Source: a virus (taxonomy: Duplodnaviria; Caudoviricetes). From it: a DNA stretch of 63,519 bases. How positions within the stretch are numbered: position 1 is the first letter of the stretch; each line of letters begins with the position of its first letter. The translations under genes and the position numbers were made by a program. The stretch is taken from positions 1 to 63,519 of IMG/VR virus record IMGVR_UViG_3300022602_003808; one strand, written 5' to 3'. Below, one piece after another: positions 1 to 8,897 of this stretch. The notes under the pieces are model-generated. The model was given only the letters and a program-made list of their open reading frames with translations, was not told the origin of the DNA and ran no database searches.

Positions 1-3
1 ATA

Positions 4-126
4 CTAACTCTTTTTATTAAATTCTTTTTTCTTTTTATTGTTTAAAGGTACTTGATTTAGTATTAAAGTAACTTCTTCCAGTGTTTCTAATACTTCCCAG
101 GTACCGTGCGGTGGGCAATGAATAAA
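4..126 (-). pseudogene. C-terminal remnant of a paralog of the 75-aa gene at 6896-7123
   Basis: Reads FIHCPPHGTWEVLETLEEV...KKS* versus YVFCPPHGNWEVQESVEDI at 6896-7123. In-frame stops lie directly upstream and there is no start codon. Confidence 0.7.
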
Positions 127-144
127 CTATCACTTCTATTTGGA

Positions 145-1224
145 TTAAAAATGGTTGTCTGGTTTGAACTTTAACCATTCGAGATATTTATCTTGTATTC
201 TCTTAACGATCATAGTTTCTTCAAAATTGTCTATTATGTATTGTCGTGAATTTTCGCCTAAAGTCAAGCGTTTTTGTTTGTTTAATACTAATTCTTTTAA
301 TCGATTATAGTATTCATTATAATCCGTACATACAAAACCGTTTACACCAACTGTATCCACCTGACCGTTATATCCAGCTCTATGAGTTATGCAAGGTAAA
401 GCATATGACATAGCTGTTGATAGGGCAATAGAATGTACCTCTCCATCGCTACGATAATGACAGAATATGTCTAGATTTCTATGAAATAAATCTAGAGCTT
501 TATCATTATTAGTAGCTTCTATAAAAATAACATTGTTGATATTATTAGTTTTAACGAAACTGGTTGTATGCGAACAGGGCGAGACTATTAAATAGTAAAC
601 ATTACTAAATTGGCTTTCCTGTTGTAATAATTTGAAAGCCTGTAAGGCAATAGGGTCAAAGTTGTCTGCTCTACCAACTCTACCTAGTACAATAGCATCA
701 ACAGGAATGTTAAGTTTTTGTCTATATGTTGTGTCTTTACTGATATCAGACGGTATACTAATAGGGTTAGGTATCAGTACATCAGCACCACCTCTAGACT
801 CATAAACAACAGGTGCAATAGAAATAGACTTATCAAGATACTGCGACGTATCTTTAAACCCAAATATATTTGTTTCTACCTGTAATTTAGCTAATCTATC
901 TGTAAACGGCCATTCATAATAACCGGAGCGTGCAAAGTGAATAATATCAAACTTATTCGCTAATGCTATTTCTTTAAAATTAGTTAACACTGGTGTATAA
1001 CCAGTATCGGGACCGCTTTTATCTATACTTCTTTGAAATGGTATTAAGCGATCTTTACCGAACTTTTCCATTACCACTTTTAATCTATTATTAGCATTAG
1101 GATTATCCCAATACATAATATATGGATCAAAAATAGTTCTATCAAGATTTTGCATTATCTTTTCGTGTGAACGCCAGGTGCCAGCAAAATCTACAGAGTG
1201 AGAGTATAGACAAATCTTTATCAT
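145..1224 (-). CDS. GT-B (GT4-like) glycosyltransferase
   Basis: Motifs LGRVGR, EVHSIALSTAMSYALPCI, NGFV and RLTLGENSRQYI match a GT4 C-terminal domain. Confidence 0.8.
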   Translation of the reverse strand: MIKICLYSHSVDFAGTWRSHEKIMQNLDRTIFDPYIMYWDNPNANNRLKVVMEKFGKDRLIPFQRSIDKSGPDTGYTPVLTNFKEIALANKFDIIHFARSGYYEWPFTDRLAKLQVETNIFGFKDTSQYLDKSISIAPVVYESRGGADVLIPNPISIPSDISKDTTYRQKLNIPVDAIVLGRVGRADNFDPIALQAFKLLQQESQFSNVYYLIVSPCSHTTSFVKTNNINNVIFIEATNNDKALDLFHRNLDIFCHYRSDGEVHSIALSTAMSYALPCITHRAGYNGQVDTVGVNGFVCTDYNEYYNRLKELVLNKQKRLTLGENSRQYIIDNFEETMIVKRIQDKYLEWLKFKPDNHF

Positions 1225-1233
1225 TACTCTATA

Positions 1234-1761
1234 TTATATAAGTTTTCTAAGAATAGCAATAGAAAAGTCAAAAGCATTATTAGCTTCTTCAGCTAAATCT
1301 GGTGTTGCTGCTTCTCTAATTTTTAAAATTAGACCTCTTACATCATCAAATCTAAACCATTTAGCACCGCCAGGTACTTTATTTTTAAGTGTTTGACCAC
1401 CAAATAAATCCCCCATATGTCTAACATAAACGTGTGACATTACCTTTTTAGGGTCGGCGAGCTCGTTTAAATAGTTTACATATGTAATGGTTTCAGGTAA
1501 AAGAGGAAAAGTACTAATTGATAATTCGTCTTCTAGTTCTTTTCTATCTTCTTTAATTCTAGCTGAACGCTCGATACCTGGAAAGTCTTTAAGCGTACCT
1601 AAACTATTAGCTTTGTTTTCAAGTGCTTCATACAGTGCATCCATTTGCACTAAATAGTTTAAATACTGTTCTTTAGTAACTGTTTTATTAAACACAGCAT
1701 CCAAAAATGGAAGCTTATCGGCAATATCGTGCTTTGGTTGTGTTAATTCTCTTAATGTCAT
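1234..1761 (-). CDS. ho1: Heme oxygenase
   Basis: LRELTQPKH (proximal His) and HVYVRHMGDLFGGQ distal-helix motif. Likely start is MTLREL at 1761. Confidence 0.9.
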   Translation of the reverse strand: MTLRELTQPKHDIADKLPFLDAVFNKTVTKEQYLNYLVQMDALYEALENKANSLGTLKDFPGIERSARIKEDRKELEDELSISTFPLLPETITYVNYLNELADPKKVMSHVYVRHMGDLFGGQTLKNKVPGGAKWFRFDDVRGLILKIREAATPDLAEEANNAFDFSIAILRKLI

Positions 1762-1765
1762 AACC

Positions 1766-3004
1766 TTATTTAACAATAAACTCTTTTAAATCAATTTTCC
1801 AGCCATTTATATAGTCACTCATTATAGTTTCACCGTGAGTCCAATAAGTTAATATTTTACCTTCTTTTTCACATAATTTAGCATAATTAACAAACGAGCC
1901 AGAAGCTTTTAAGCTTTCTACTGCTTTGAGTCTTGTTTGTATCCAATACTCGCTTTGAATTTTGTTAGGGCTAGCATAATGTAAGGCGATTAAATCTAAC
2001 ATTTGTGTTATATTGTATGAGTATCTTTCATTAAAATCAAGAGTTACATCAGCAAAGTTTCTTTTACCAGCCAAGCATTCCATTACTATAGGTAGTATAT
2101 TAGTCAAATAAGTACAGTAAAAGTGTAATGGCATAGACATAGCAGGCTCAAAAAAATGTAATCTATTACCCATATATAAAATTCTATTGTCTATAGCTTT
2201 TTTCCTGTAATATTGTTTCCAGTTTAATCTTCTTAAAACAGAGGCGTCTATATTTTTTAGTTCTGAAAAATGTTCAATTGCTTCTTTATCTGTAGTAATA
2301 TTATTATTATAAAGATACCCCCAAGTTTTTCTATGTTGTAGCGGTATACCAAACATCCAACCATTTTTATGTATATGAGCAGAGGTATACGTTTCATTAT
2401 ATGTTTTATATTCAGGATTTAAAATAACACTATTAACTGCAGCAAAATCTACTGTATTGTATGTACCGCTATTTAATTCTTCTGTAGAAGGGGTACCACG
2501 ACAGTCAATTAAAAAATCGTACACATATGCGTTGTTTTGACTTTTTAAAGTAACTTTATTTTTATCTTGCGATATATTAATAATATTATCTTTTATAACA
2601 TTAAAATTAGAAAACTTTTTAACAAGTTCATTTAAAACATAAAAACTAAATGTTTCGCTATTAAAATGTAAACCGTTATGAAAATGACGGATTATAAAAT
2701 TATTATCATTTGCGGGTTCCCAAAAATAACGCGCACCCCATTTAACAGTGCCATTGATTTTAGGAAGGTCTTGTATTATACAAAAATCCAGCACTTCAAA
2801 CAATGCTTTGTATACAGCAATAGAAGAGCTTTCTCCAACTTGAATAGTCGGGGTGTTTGGATCGTATATGCAATCTATTGTAAGATCAGAATTAGCTATT
2901 AACAGGCTTTTGCGTTTTTTTAGAACGTTAAGATGGCTGTATAAGTCTAATAAAGCAATAGAACTTGCTGTACCGGCACCTAATACACATATTTTTACAC
3001 TCAT
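1766..3004 (-). CDS. Flavin-dependent tryptophan-halogenase-like protein (short form)
   Basis: GAGTAS, VGES, GTVKWG, IDCRG, GWMFGIPL and FFEP motifs. Confidence 0.8.
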   Translation of the reverse strand: MSVKICVLGAGTASSIALLDLYSHLNVLKKRKSLLIANSDLTIDCIYDPNTPTIQVGESSSIAVYKALFEVLDFCIIQDLPKINGTVKWGARYFWEPANDNNFIIRHFHNGLHFNSETFSFYVLNELVKKFSNFNVIKDNIINISQDKNKVTLKSQNNAYVYDFLIDCRGTPSTEELNSGTYNTVDFAAVNSVILNPEYKTYNETYTSAHIHKNGWMFGIPLQHRKTWGYLYNNNITTDKEAIEHFSELKNIDASVLRRLNWKQYYRKKAIDNRILYMGNRLHFFEPAMSMPLHFYCTYLTNILPIVMECLAGKRNFADVTLDFNERYSYNITQMLDLIALHYASPNKIQSEYWIQTRLKAVESLKASGSFVNYAKLCEKEGKILTYWTHGETIMSDYINGWKIDLKEFIVK

Positions 3005-3070
3005 AATTATATATAATTATGCTCAGCATTAGATTTATCTAAGAAATCCAAATTTATGGGTAATTTATTT

Positions 3071-4588
3071 TTACGACACCGGACACAGATTACCAGGGGT
3101 AGTAATCTTTACACTACCATCTAAAACACTGCTTAAAAATTTGCTATGCCTTACAGTATATTGTTTACGTGCAGCTTCTTTAAGTTGCGCTAATTGTTCA
3201 GATAGTGCCCGGGCTTCATCATACCTATTTCTTAAAATTAAAATATCTTTAATTGCTTGTTTATTAAATTTACCTAACCCGTAGGATATTGGTGTAAAAT
3301 TAGTATATGTAAACATTACTTCTTCAGGAAAATTATATTTTGTAGTGTAAGAGCAGCTAAGCTTTTCTTCTAAGTCTTTTACTTTTTGAGGTGTGGTGTT
3401 GGTCATATACTCCCAAAACTTTGAATCTGTTCTACCAGTGGTATAACAAAATCTTATATAAAGGTATATATTTTCTATTACATCGTTTTGCTCTCGATTG
3501 TATTTGCTGCGTTCAAACTCTAATAATTGAAAATTGTATATTCTATAAAGTGCAAATAATTGAGTTATTGTATGATGTATATTAGTAGCTTCTAAGGGTT
3601 CAGCAAAACTGCTTGCTAAACCTACTACGACGCAATTACCGACCCATTGTTTTTCCCAATAACCACTTTCAAATTTTATAATTTTATCTTTATTAGTGGG
3701 TAATCTGTTATAATTTTTTTGCGTAAGTTTTGTAAAATCTTCAAACGCTTCTTCATCTGTTGCAAAATGAGATGAATAAACATACCCAGTACCATATCTA
3801 GTCTGCAAAGGTACCTGCAGTGCCCAGCCGTGTGTAGTAGCTTCTGCAACGCTATAACAGGGTAAATTTTTATCTATACCATTTAATGGTAAGGGGCTAG
3901 GTATAAATCTATTTACAGGCAATTCGTTGCTTTTGTTTATCCACCTATTAGGTAGTTTTTTCATTAATACAGAATCTAAGCCAGTCGCATCAATATAAAG
4001 ATCTGCAGATAAATTACCGTTTTTTTCTAAAACTAGATTGGTAATTTTATCTGCATTAACAATTATATTCAATACTTTATCATCTAGTATTTTAATTTTA
4101 GTTTTTGCTTTTTCTAGAACATAATTATTAAAAGCAAGAACATCAAAGTGTAATGCAAATGCTTGAGTATTAATGTCAGGTAACATATTGTTCTCCATAT
4201 ACCAAGGAGAATACATAACATCTAAGTCATATCGATCGTTAATAATATCATATGCTGCAGCTAAATTTTCATAAGTAGGAGCAACTCTAGATGCTACGTC
4301 TAAGTGATTAAACGAATGCCAGTGATGCTTACCGTTGTTCAGCCAATTTTTAAATTTTATACCAAGTTTTATAGTAGCATTACAATGTTTAATTAATTCA
4401 ATAGTTGTAATACCCACTTCTCTTAAAAATTGATGTATTTTAGGTGTTAAGCTTTCTCCTACACCAATACTGGGTTTGCTATGATCAAAGATCAGAACAA
4501 TCTCTGCAGCTGCACCGTAATGAGTATTAGCTAGCGCGGCCGCCATAATGCCAGCTGTTCCTCCACCAACCACAATAATTCGTTTCAT
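3071..4588 (-). CDS. Flavin-dependent tryptophan-halogenase family protein
   Basis: GGGTAG, GVGES, ATIKLGIKF (catalytic Lys), IDATG, GWALQVPL and FAEPLEAT motifs. Confidence 0.9.
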   Translation of the reverse strand: MKRIIVVGGGTAGIMAAALANTHYGAAAEIVLIFDHSKPSIGVGESLTPKIHQFLREVGITTIELIKHCNATIKLGIKFKNWLNNGKHHWHSFNHLDVASRVAPTYENLAAAYDIINDRYDLDVMYSPWYMENNMLPDINTQAFALHFDVLAFNNYVLEKAKTKIKILDDKVLNIIVNADKITNLVLEKNGNLSADLYIDATGLDSVLMKKLPNRWINKSNELPVNRFIPSPLPLNGIDKNLPCYSVAEATTHGWALQVPLQTRYGTGYVYSSHFATDEEAFEDFTKLTQKNYNRLPTNKDKIIKFESGYWEKQWVGNCVVVGLASSFAEPLEATNIHHTITQLFALYRIYNFQLLEFERSKYNREQNDVIENIYLYIRFCYTTGRTDSKFWEYMTNTTPQKVKDLEEKLSCSYTTKYNFPEEVMFTYTNFTPISYGLGKFNKQAIKDILILRNRYDEARALSEQLAQLKEAARKQYTVRHSKFLSSVLDGSVKITTPGNLCPVS

Positions 4589-4595
4589 ATAAGAT

Positions 4596-4623
4596 ATTAT
4601 ACTATAAGTTTATAAAAAGGCAA
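4596..4623 (-). promoter_or_regulatory. Sigma70-like promoter of the halogenase operon
   Basis: TTGCCT-16 bp-TATAAT, 7 nt before the ATG. Confidence 0.7.
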
Positions 4624-4632
4624 TAAATTGTA

Positions 4633-4736
4633 ACGGCTATAGGTTGCAAGCTCGAGTGCCAATTCGTTGATACCGTGAGCAGAAAGGTGAAAAAAGCTCA
4701 CATCCTTGATCCCTATAACGTCACCTTAACAGCCGT
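4633..4736 (-). ncRNA. Candidate structured small RNA downstream of the tmRNA
   Basis: ORF-free. Ends pair (ACGGCUGU/AUAGCCGU, AGGU/ACCU) around an inner GUGAGC/GCUCAC helix. Confidence 0.4.
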
Positions 4737-4740
4737 AAAA

Positions 4741-5121
4741 TGGTGGACCTGCCGGGTACTGCCCCCGGGTGTTCCGTAACGTTCTTATCAGTTTCTACAA
4801 GCTTAGCACTATTAATAAAATGTATATCCATAGTGCTGATATACAGGTTGTTTGGTAGTGTTCCTGCTATTCTACTACCATTGAATAGTCAGTCTCGCTG
4901 AATGACAGTTATAATATATAGCGAGAATCTATACTACAACCGATCGCTGATTAAGCAGCGAGTGCGAAGCTTTCGCTTGTATTGAATGAATCCATTACAG
5001 AAGCGACTGCGTTCTTGAGGCTATTGATAATGCCGTTTGTTTTTGTAGTAATTTATAAAGGATTTACTAATCCTGCTTGCTTCTAATACATCTGCCACAG
5101 AGTCGAATCTGGTACAGGCCC
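4741..5121 (-). ncRNA. ssrA: tmRNA (one-piece)
   Basis: 5' GGGCCUGUACCAGAUUCGAC and 3' CAGGUCCACCA give a G3:U70 acceptor stem with encoded CCA. The internal tag frame 5034-4951 ends FALAA*. Confidence 0.95.
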
Positions 5122-5148
5122 ATTAAAAAGTGTCAAATAACAATAAGT

Positions 5149-5176
5149 AATATAATATATTTACTATGAATAGCAA
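5149..5176 (-). promoter_or_regulatory. tmRNA promoter(s)
   Basis: TTGCTA-16-TATATT, plus a nested late-type TAAATA at 5158-5163. Confidence 0.55.
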
Positions 5177-5579
5177 CTTAAAAGTGTTGGCAGAACAGTA
5201 TCAATTGATAATGGAAAAACGTGTTCAGCCTGAACCAGAAACAGAAGAAGCACTTGAACAGTTCTTAGCTAAAAGAGCTGCTGGTGCTGCTAAAATCGCT
5301 CATAGTTCAAAAGAAAAGGGTGGTTTTGCTACTTTAACAGCTATTCACTTTGCAGCTAAAGCTAAACCTTATGCAGAGTGTGAAAAAATGGAAAAAGCGT
5401 CTGATAAGGATTGTGATAAAGCTAATGCTCATTACAAAAAAATGGCAGAAAAAGTTTATGCTAAATTAGCAGATTTAGATAAATTATCTCAAAAAGAGTT
5501 TCAGGCTCTTATGGGTGAGCTAGAAGTTTGGGGCGAGGTTTATATTCGCGCTACAAAACCAAACAGTCTTAAGATTTAA
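5166..5579 (+). CDS. Hypothetical late protein
   Basis: 137-aa charged helical ORF with TAAGTA at 5144-5149. Confidence 0.7.
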   Translation: MNSNLKVLAEQYQLIMEKRVQPEPETEEALEQFLAKRAAGAAKIAHSSKEKGGFATLTAIHFAAKAKPYAECEKMEKASDKDCDKANAHYKKMAEKVYAKLADLDKLSQKEFQALMGELEVWGEVYIRATKPNSLKI

Positions 5580-6141
5580 GCCAGTGTTGTGCGTTATAAT
5601 ACGACGCAATAATAGGTAGTATCATAACTTCTCTACCGTTTTCTATTGTTACTATTCTCATTTCAGTAGCAAAATACCCATCACCTCTATAGATAGGCCA
5701 GTACCTCAATTTACCCACAGCAGTTCTACGTAACAGGAATTGACCGTTATCAATCTTTTGTATATTAATACCTTCTGGGTTAAAGATATATCTAGTATTA
5801 GTACTGTCAAGCTGTTGACCAAGCACTACCATATCACAATTAAGGGAATGAATGTAGTTGTTAACAATAGGAAAGTTAGGATGAATTAAATTATCATCAT
5901 CTAATATGTATACCCATTGACCTGTATCAGGAATGACATCATAATAATAGTTAACACCGGTATGCATAGGCATACTATCCGGTTTAACTATTTTAGTTGT
6001 ATTCTGATACTTTGTAAAGTCTAGATCCGGGTTGGGGGTAACAATATACCAATGATAATTTACATTTAAAGACTTAATAGATTCATATATTCTATCAAGA
6101 AATTCTGGTGTTCTGGTATAAGCAGTAACAATATGAATCAT
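5569..6141 (-). CDS. GT-A (GT2-like) glycosyltransferase
   Basis: IHIVTAYTR start and WVYILDDDN DxD motif. Confidence 0.7.
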   Translation of the reverse strand: MIHIVTAYTRTPEFLDRIYESIKSLNVNYHWYIVTPNPDLDFTKYQNTTKIVKPDSMPMHTGVNYYYDVIPDTGQWVYILDDDNLIHPNFPIVNNYIHSLNCDMVVLGQQLDSTNTRYIFNPEGINIQKIDNGQFLLRRTAVGKLRYWPIYRGDGYFATEMRIVTIENGREVMILPIIASYYNAQHWLKS

Positions 6142-6875
6142 ACTTTCCAGCTATCTTTATCATAACCAAACTCAACAAACTGACGTTTACAGTTTTCATA
6201 TACTAAATTGGCTGTTTCTTCTGTATAGAACGATTGCCAGGGTACTACCACATCTCTTGTTATTATAGTTTTTTCCATATCTTTGGGTATTTCTTTACCC
6301 ATTTCTTTAGCAGTACTTCTCATCATTTCTTCTAGCTGGCCTTTTGTAAAGTTTCTACTTTCAACACCATCAAAAGGATTATTAATTATATTTTCCTCGT
6401 ATTGTTTTTTAACAAAATCATCATTTATATCGATAAACGGTATTTTTAATACGTCCTCCTTTAAATGTTCGTACCTAATAAGCAAATCTGGTTTTTTTAT
6501 GTCTAAACCTGCTGAATAATCGTCCACCATTACCCCTGCTGGTAAATCCCCGTATTCTTTAATTGGTTCTGTTAACCATTTTAATAATGTAGCTTTAGAG
6601 CGATTGCGCCAAAAAGAAATCACTCTCGAATACGGGTTACGTACATTTAAAATTAGAAAATAATCTTCTTTATCTTTAGGTATATCTATAATGTGAGAGT
6701 ATTTATATTCGGGAGGAGCTAAAGGCACTAACGGGTTAAAGGTTCGTGCTCTGGTTTGTTTAGATGGTTTTACTACATAAAATTTGTATTTTTTTACTAT
6801 TACAGCAGCAACTGCACGAGTGGCATTACGTTGTGGAGCCCACCATACACATTTTACTTTATCTGATACGTTCAT
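6138..6875 (-). CDS. Sulfotransferase-family protein
   Basis: PQRNATRA (5'-PSB-like), VRNPYSRVISFW, IRYEHL and WQSFYTEE...FGY. Confidence 0.75.
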   Translation of the reverse strand: MNVSDKVKCVWWAPQRNATRAVAAVIVKKYKFYVVKPSKQTRARTFNPLVPLAPPEYKYSHIIDIPKDKEDYFLILNVRNPYSRVISFWRNRSKATLLKWLTEPIKEYGDLPAGVMVDDYSAGLDIKKPDLLIRYEHLKEDVLKIPFIDINDDFVKKQYEENIINNPFDGVESRNFTKGQLEEMMRSTAKEMGKEIPKDMEKTIITRDVVVPWQSFYTEETANLVYENCKRQFVEFGYDKDSWKV

Positions 6876-6895
6876 TTAAGTTGTTTAACTTTATA

Positions 6896-7123
6896 TTATT
6901 TCGTCTTAGTGTTACCGCGAATTTGAGCTATAATATCTTCTACGGATTCTTGTACTTCCCAGTTACCGTGTGGTGGGCAAAAAACGTATGTAACTTCTTC
7001 TACAGTCTTTTGTTCATCATCTCTACTAACAAAACCACGGTGCACACTAACAATAAAATCTGTATTTAATAATACAGGAAGACCTTTAAAAGCTGGGCTT
7101 GTATTTGTCAGTATAATAATCAT
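6896..7123 (-). CDS. Hypothetical protein
   Basis: 75-aa ORF; a paralog fragment lies at 4-126. Confidence 0.75.
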   Translation of the reverse strand: MIIILTNTSPAFKGLPVLLNTDFIVSVHRGFVSRDDEQKTVEEVTYVFCPPHGNWEVQESVEDIIAQIRGNTKTK

Positions 7124-7134
7124 ACTATTAATTA

Positions 7135-7404
7135 CTACTGGTAGTTAATATCTCCAATATTATAGTTAGGTCCATTCTGCTGTATAAAGAATACTTTGGG
7201 TGAATGAGATGGTAGCGTTGCTTTAAGCTGTCTTGCAACCGCTACAGCCGCTTCAGCGCTAGGATACACCTTAGATTCAGTAAAAGCTTTTCGCCAGTCT
7301 TCTTTATTTTGATCTAAAAAACCAGCAAAAAACAATCCCTCTTCTAGAGGTGTTCTAGCGTTCATCCGTTTTACAGAAGTATCCATTATAATGTAACCAT
7401 TCAT
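7135..7404 (-). CDS. Hypothetical protein
   Basis: ORF in a tightly packed operon. Confidence 0.7.
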   Translation of the reverse strand: MNGYIIMDTSVKRMNARTPLEEGLFFAGFLDQNKEDWRKAFTESKVYPSAEAAVAVARQLKATLPSHSPKVFFIQQNGPNYNIGDINYQ

Positions 7405-7583
7405 CGTATTCTACAACGACTATTTACATCATACACTTCAGTATGTCCATCCTCAAAAGAAACAGATAGTATGTTTCCTGATAGATTGCAACCGGTCTTA
7501 CCGTTTACAAATATTTCAAAATACGGTGCACCATTAGCTTCGTGCACCATAATTTCGTCGTCATCTTCTTCTATATAGTACAT
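7401..7583 (-). CDS. Hypothetical protein
   Basis: Acidic 60-aa ORF with an ATGA overlap into the next gene. Confidence 0.65.
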   Translation of the reverse strand: MYYIEEDDDEIMVHEANGAPYFEIFVNGKTGCNLSGNILSVSFEDGHTEVYDVNSRCRIR

Positions 7584-7584
7584 A

Positions 7585-7893
7585 TTATTTAATGTTTAGT
7601 TTACGTAGCTTATTTTCCATTTGTAGGTTTCTAATATTACTAAGTGTTTTTTCAATACCACGAGCAGTTTGTATTTTCATTAGCAAAGTATCTGTACGGT
7701 TATCTACATAATCTTGAATATCTAGCGGTTTAATATATTTCATAGCCTGATTACTATTGAAATCTATTTTTTTATCTTCACATTTTTCTGCTATAAGATC
7801 TACAGCTTCCATTAAAGCTGCCCATCGAGCAAATTCATATGTAGTAATATTACGGTTGGTAGAGTCTGGTACGTTAATAATGATATCTTCCAT
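7585..7893 (-). CDS. Hypothetical protein
   Basis: ORF in a packed operon. Confidence 0.7.
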   Translation of the reverse strand: MEDIIINVPDSTNRNITTYEFARWAALMEAVDLIAEKCEDKKIDFNSNQAMKYIKPLDIQDYVDNRTDTLLMKIQTARGIEKTLSNIRNLQMENKLRKLNIK

Positions 7894-7894
7894 A

Positions 7895-8293
7895 TTAGTT
7901 TAGATTATTTGTAGTAATTGGGTTAGTAATAACAGCTGATTCAACATTCACATATACTGCATTTTTAGCTTTACAAAATTGACACTCAAATGTAGTGTCT
8001 TCTCTTGCATTTACTACTACCTCATTAACTTGTTTACAGGCAGCACAAGGTACATTGAAAGTGATTTTAGAGAGAATTTCAAGCTCTTTTAATGCTAAAG
8101 CACGTGTATCTCTAGCAGCACGGTAATCTAAATAAACCCCGTACAAATAAAACACGACAAACTGGGCTACAAATGTAACCACAAACCACAGCAACGGGCC
8201 GTGTCCGGATAGATAAGCTATGCCTGCAAAAATACCGCTAACTGCAGCGGCTTTTAGTACAGACGCCAATAACGTCAATAATGTGTTTCTCAT
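7895..8293 (-). CDS. Membrane protein with Zn-ribbon
   Basis: Two hydrophobic helices followed by CAAC...CQFC. Confidence 0.7.
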   Translation of the reverse strand: MRNTLLTLLASVLKAAAVSGIFAGIAYLSGHGPLLWFVVTFVAQFVVFYLYGVYLDYRAARDTRALALKELEILSKITFNVPCAACKQVNEVVVNAREDTTFECQFCKAKNAVYVNVESAVITNPITTNNLN

Positions 8294-8319
8294 AAGTTAC
8301 TCGTATTAGAGTAACTTTT

Positions 8320-8724
8320 TTACTTAGGTGCAAGAGTAAAGTCGTTTAAATTACCGGCTAATTCTTTGTAAGCAATCATTATGCCAGCTAACTTAGCTCT
8401 AAACTTTTTCAATTCTTTATCTTTGCCCTTAAATAGAGGCATTGTAGAAGCGGTTGCAGCTTTGTTCTTTAAATCTAAAGTCTGCAAATATAAATTTGCT
8501 AATTGCACAACAGCATCCTGTAACGGATATGGTAATGCCTCTGGGTTTACCCCGCCCTGACCGTTATTTTTAAGATCTGCTAATTTCTCTAATGTAGGCG
8601 TATTGTCGCTACTATATTCAGTAGCAGACATTGTCTCTGGTGTACGAGGGGATTGCGCAACACCTGTATAGTATTCAGCTTCGCTTAAGAGTTTATTAGT
8701 TTTTCTTTTGCTCACGGTTCTCAA
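8320..8724 (-). CDS. Hypothetical late protein
   Basis: 134-aa ORF with TAAGTA at its 5' end; start uncertain. Confidence 0.6.
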   Translation of the reverse strand: MRTVSKRKTNKLLSEAEYYTGVAQSPRTPETMSATEYSSDNTPTLEKLADLKNNGQGGVNPEALPYPLQDAVVQLANLYLQTLDLKNKAATASTMPLFKGKDKELKKFRAKLAGIMIAYKELAGNLNDFTLAPK

Positions 8725-8887
8725 TACTTACTACCCCGACCTTAAATCTACCAGTACAATTTGGACAAATCCAATGAGCTTCTGTTACTAATTTGTCACC
8801 TCTAATGACTTTAACTGCCCGGGGCTGTACACCAGCTTGACCGCAAATGTGACATCTCTCCTGGCGCATAGCTACTTGTTCGTTCAT
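8696..8887 (-). CDS. Small Zn-ribbon protein
   Basis: CHIC...CPNC. Likely start is MNEQ at 8887, after TAAGTA. Confidence 0.65.
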   Translation of the reverse strand: MNEQVAMRQERCHICGQAGVQPRAVKVIRGDKLVTEAHWICPNCTGRFKVGVVSIENREQKKN

Positions 8888-8897
8888 AGACGAATAC

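Noticed and set aside
4741-4770. Stand-alone tRNA or attachment-site fragment
   Set aside because: It is the 3' end of a complete tmRNA; no integrase is present.
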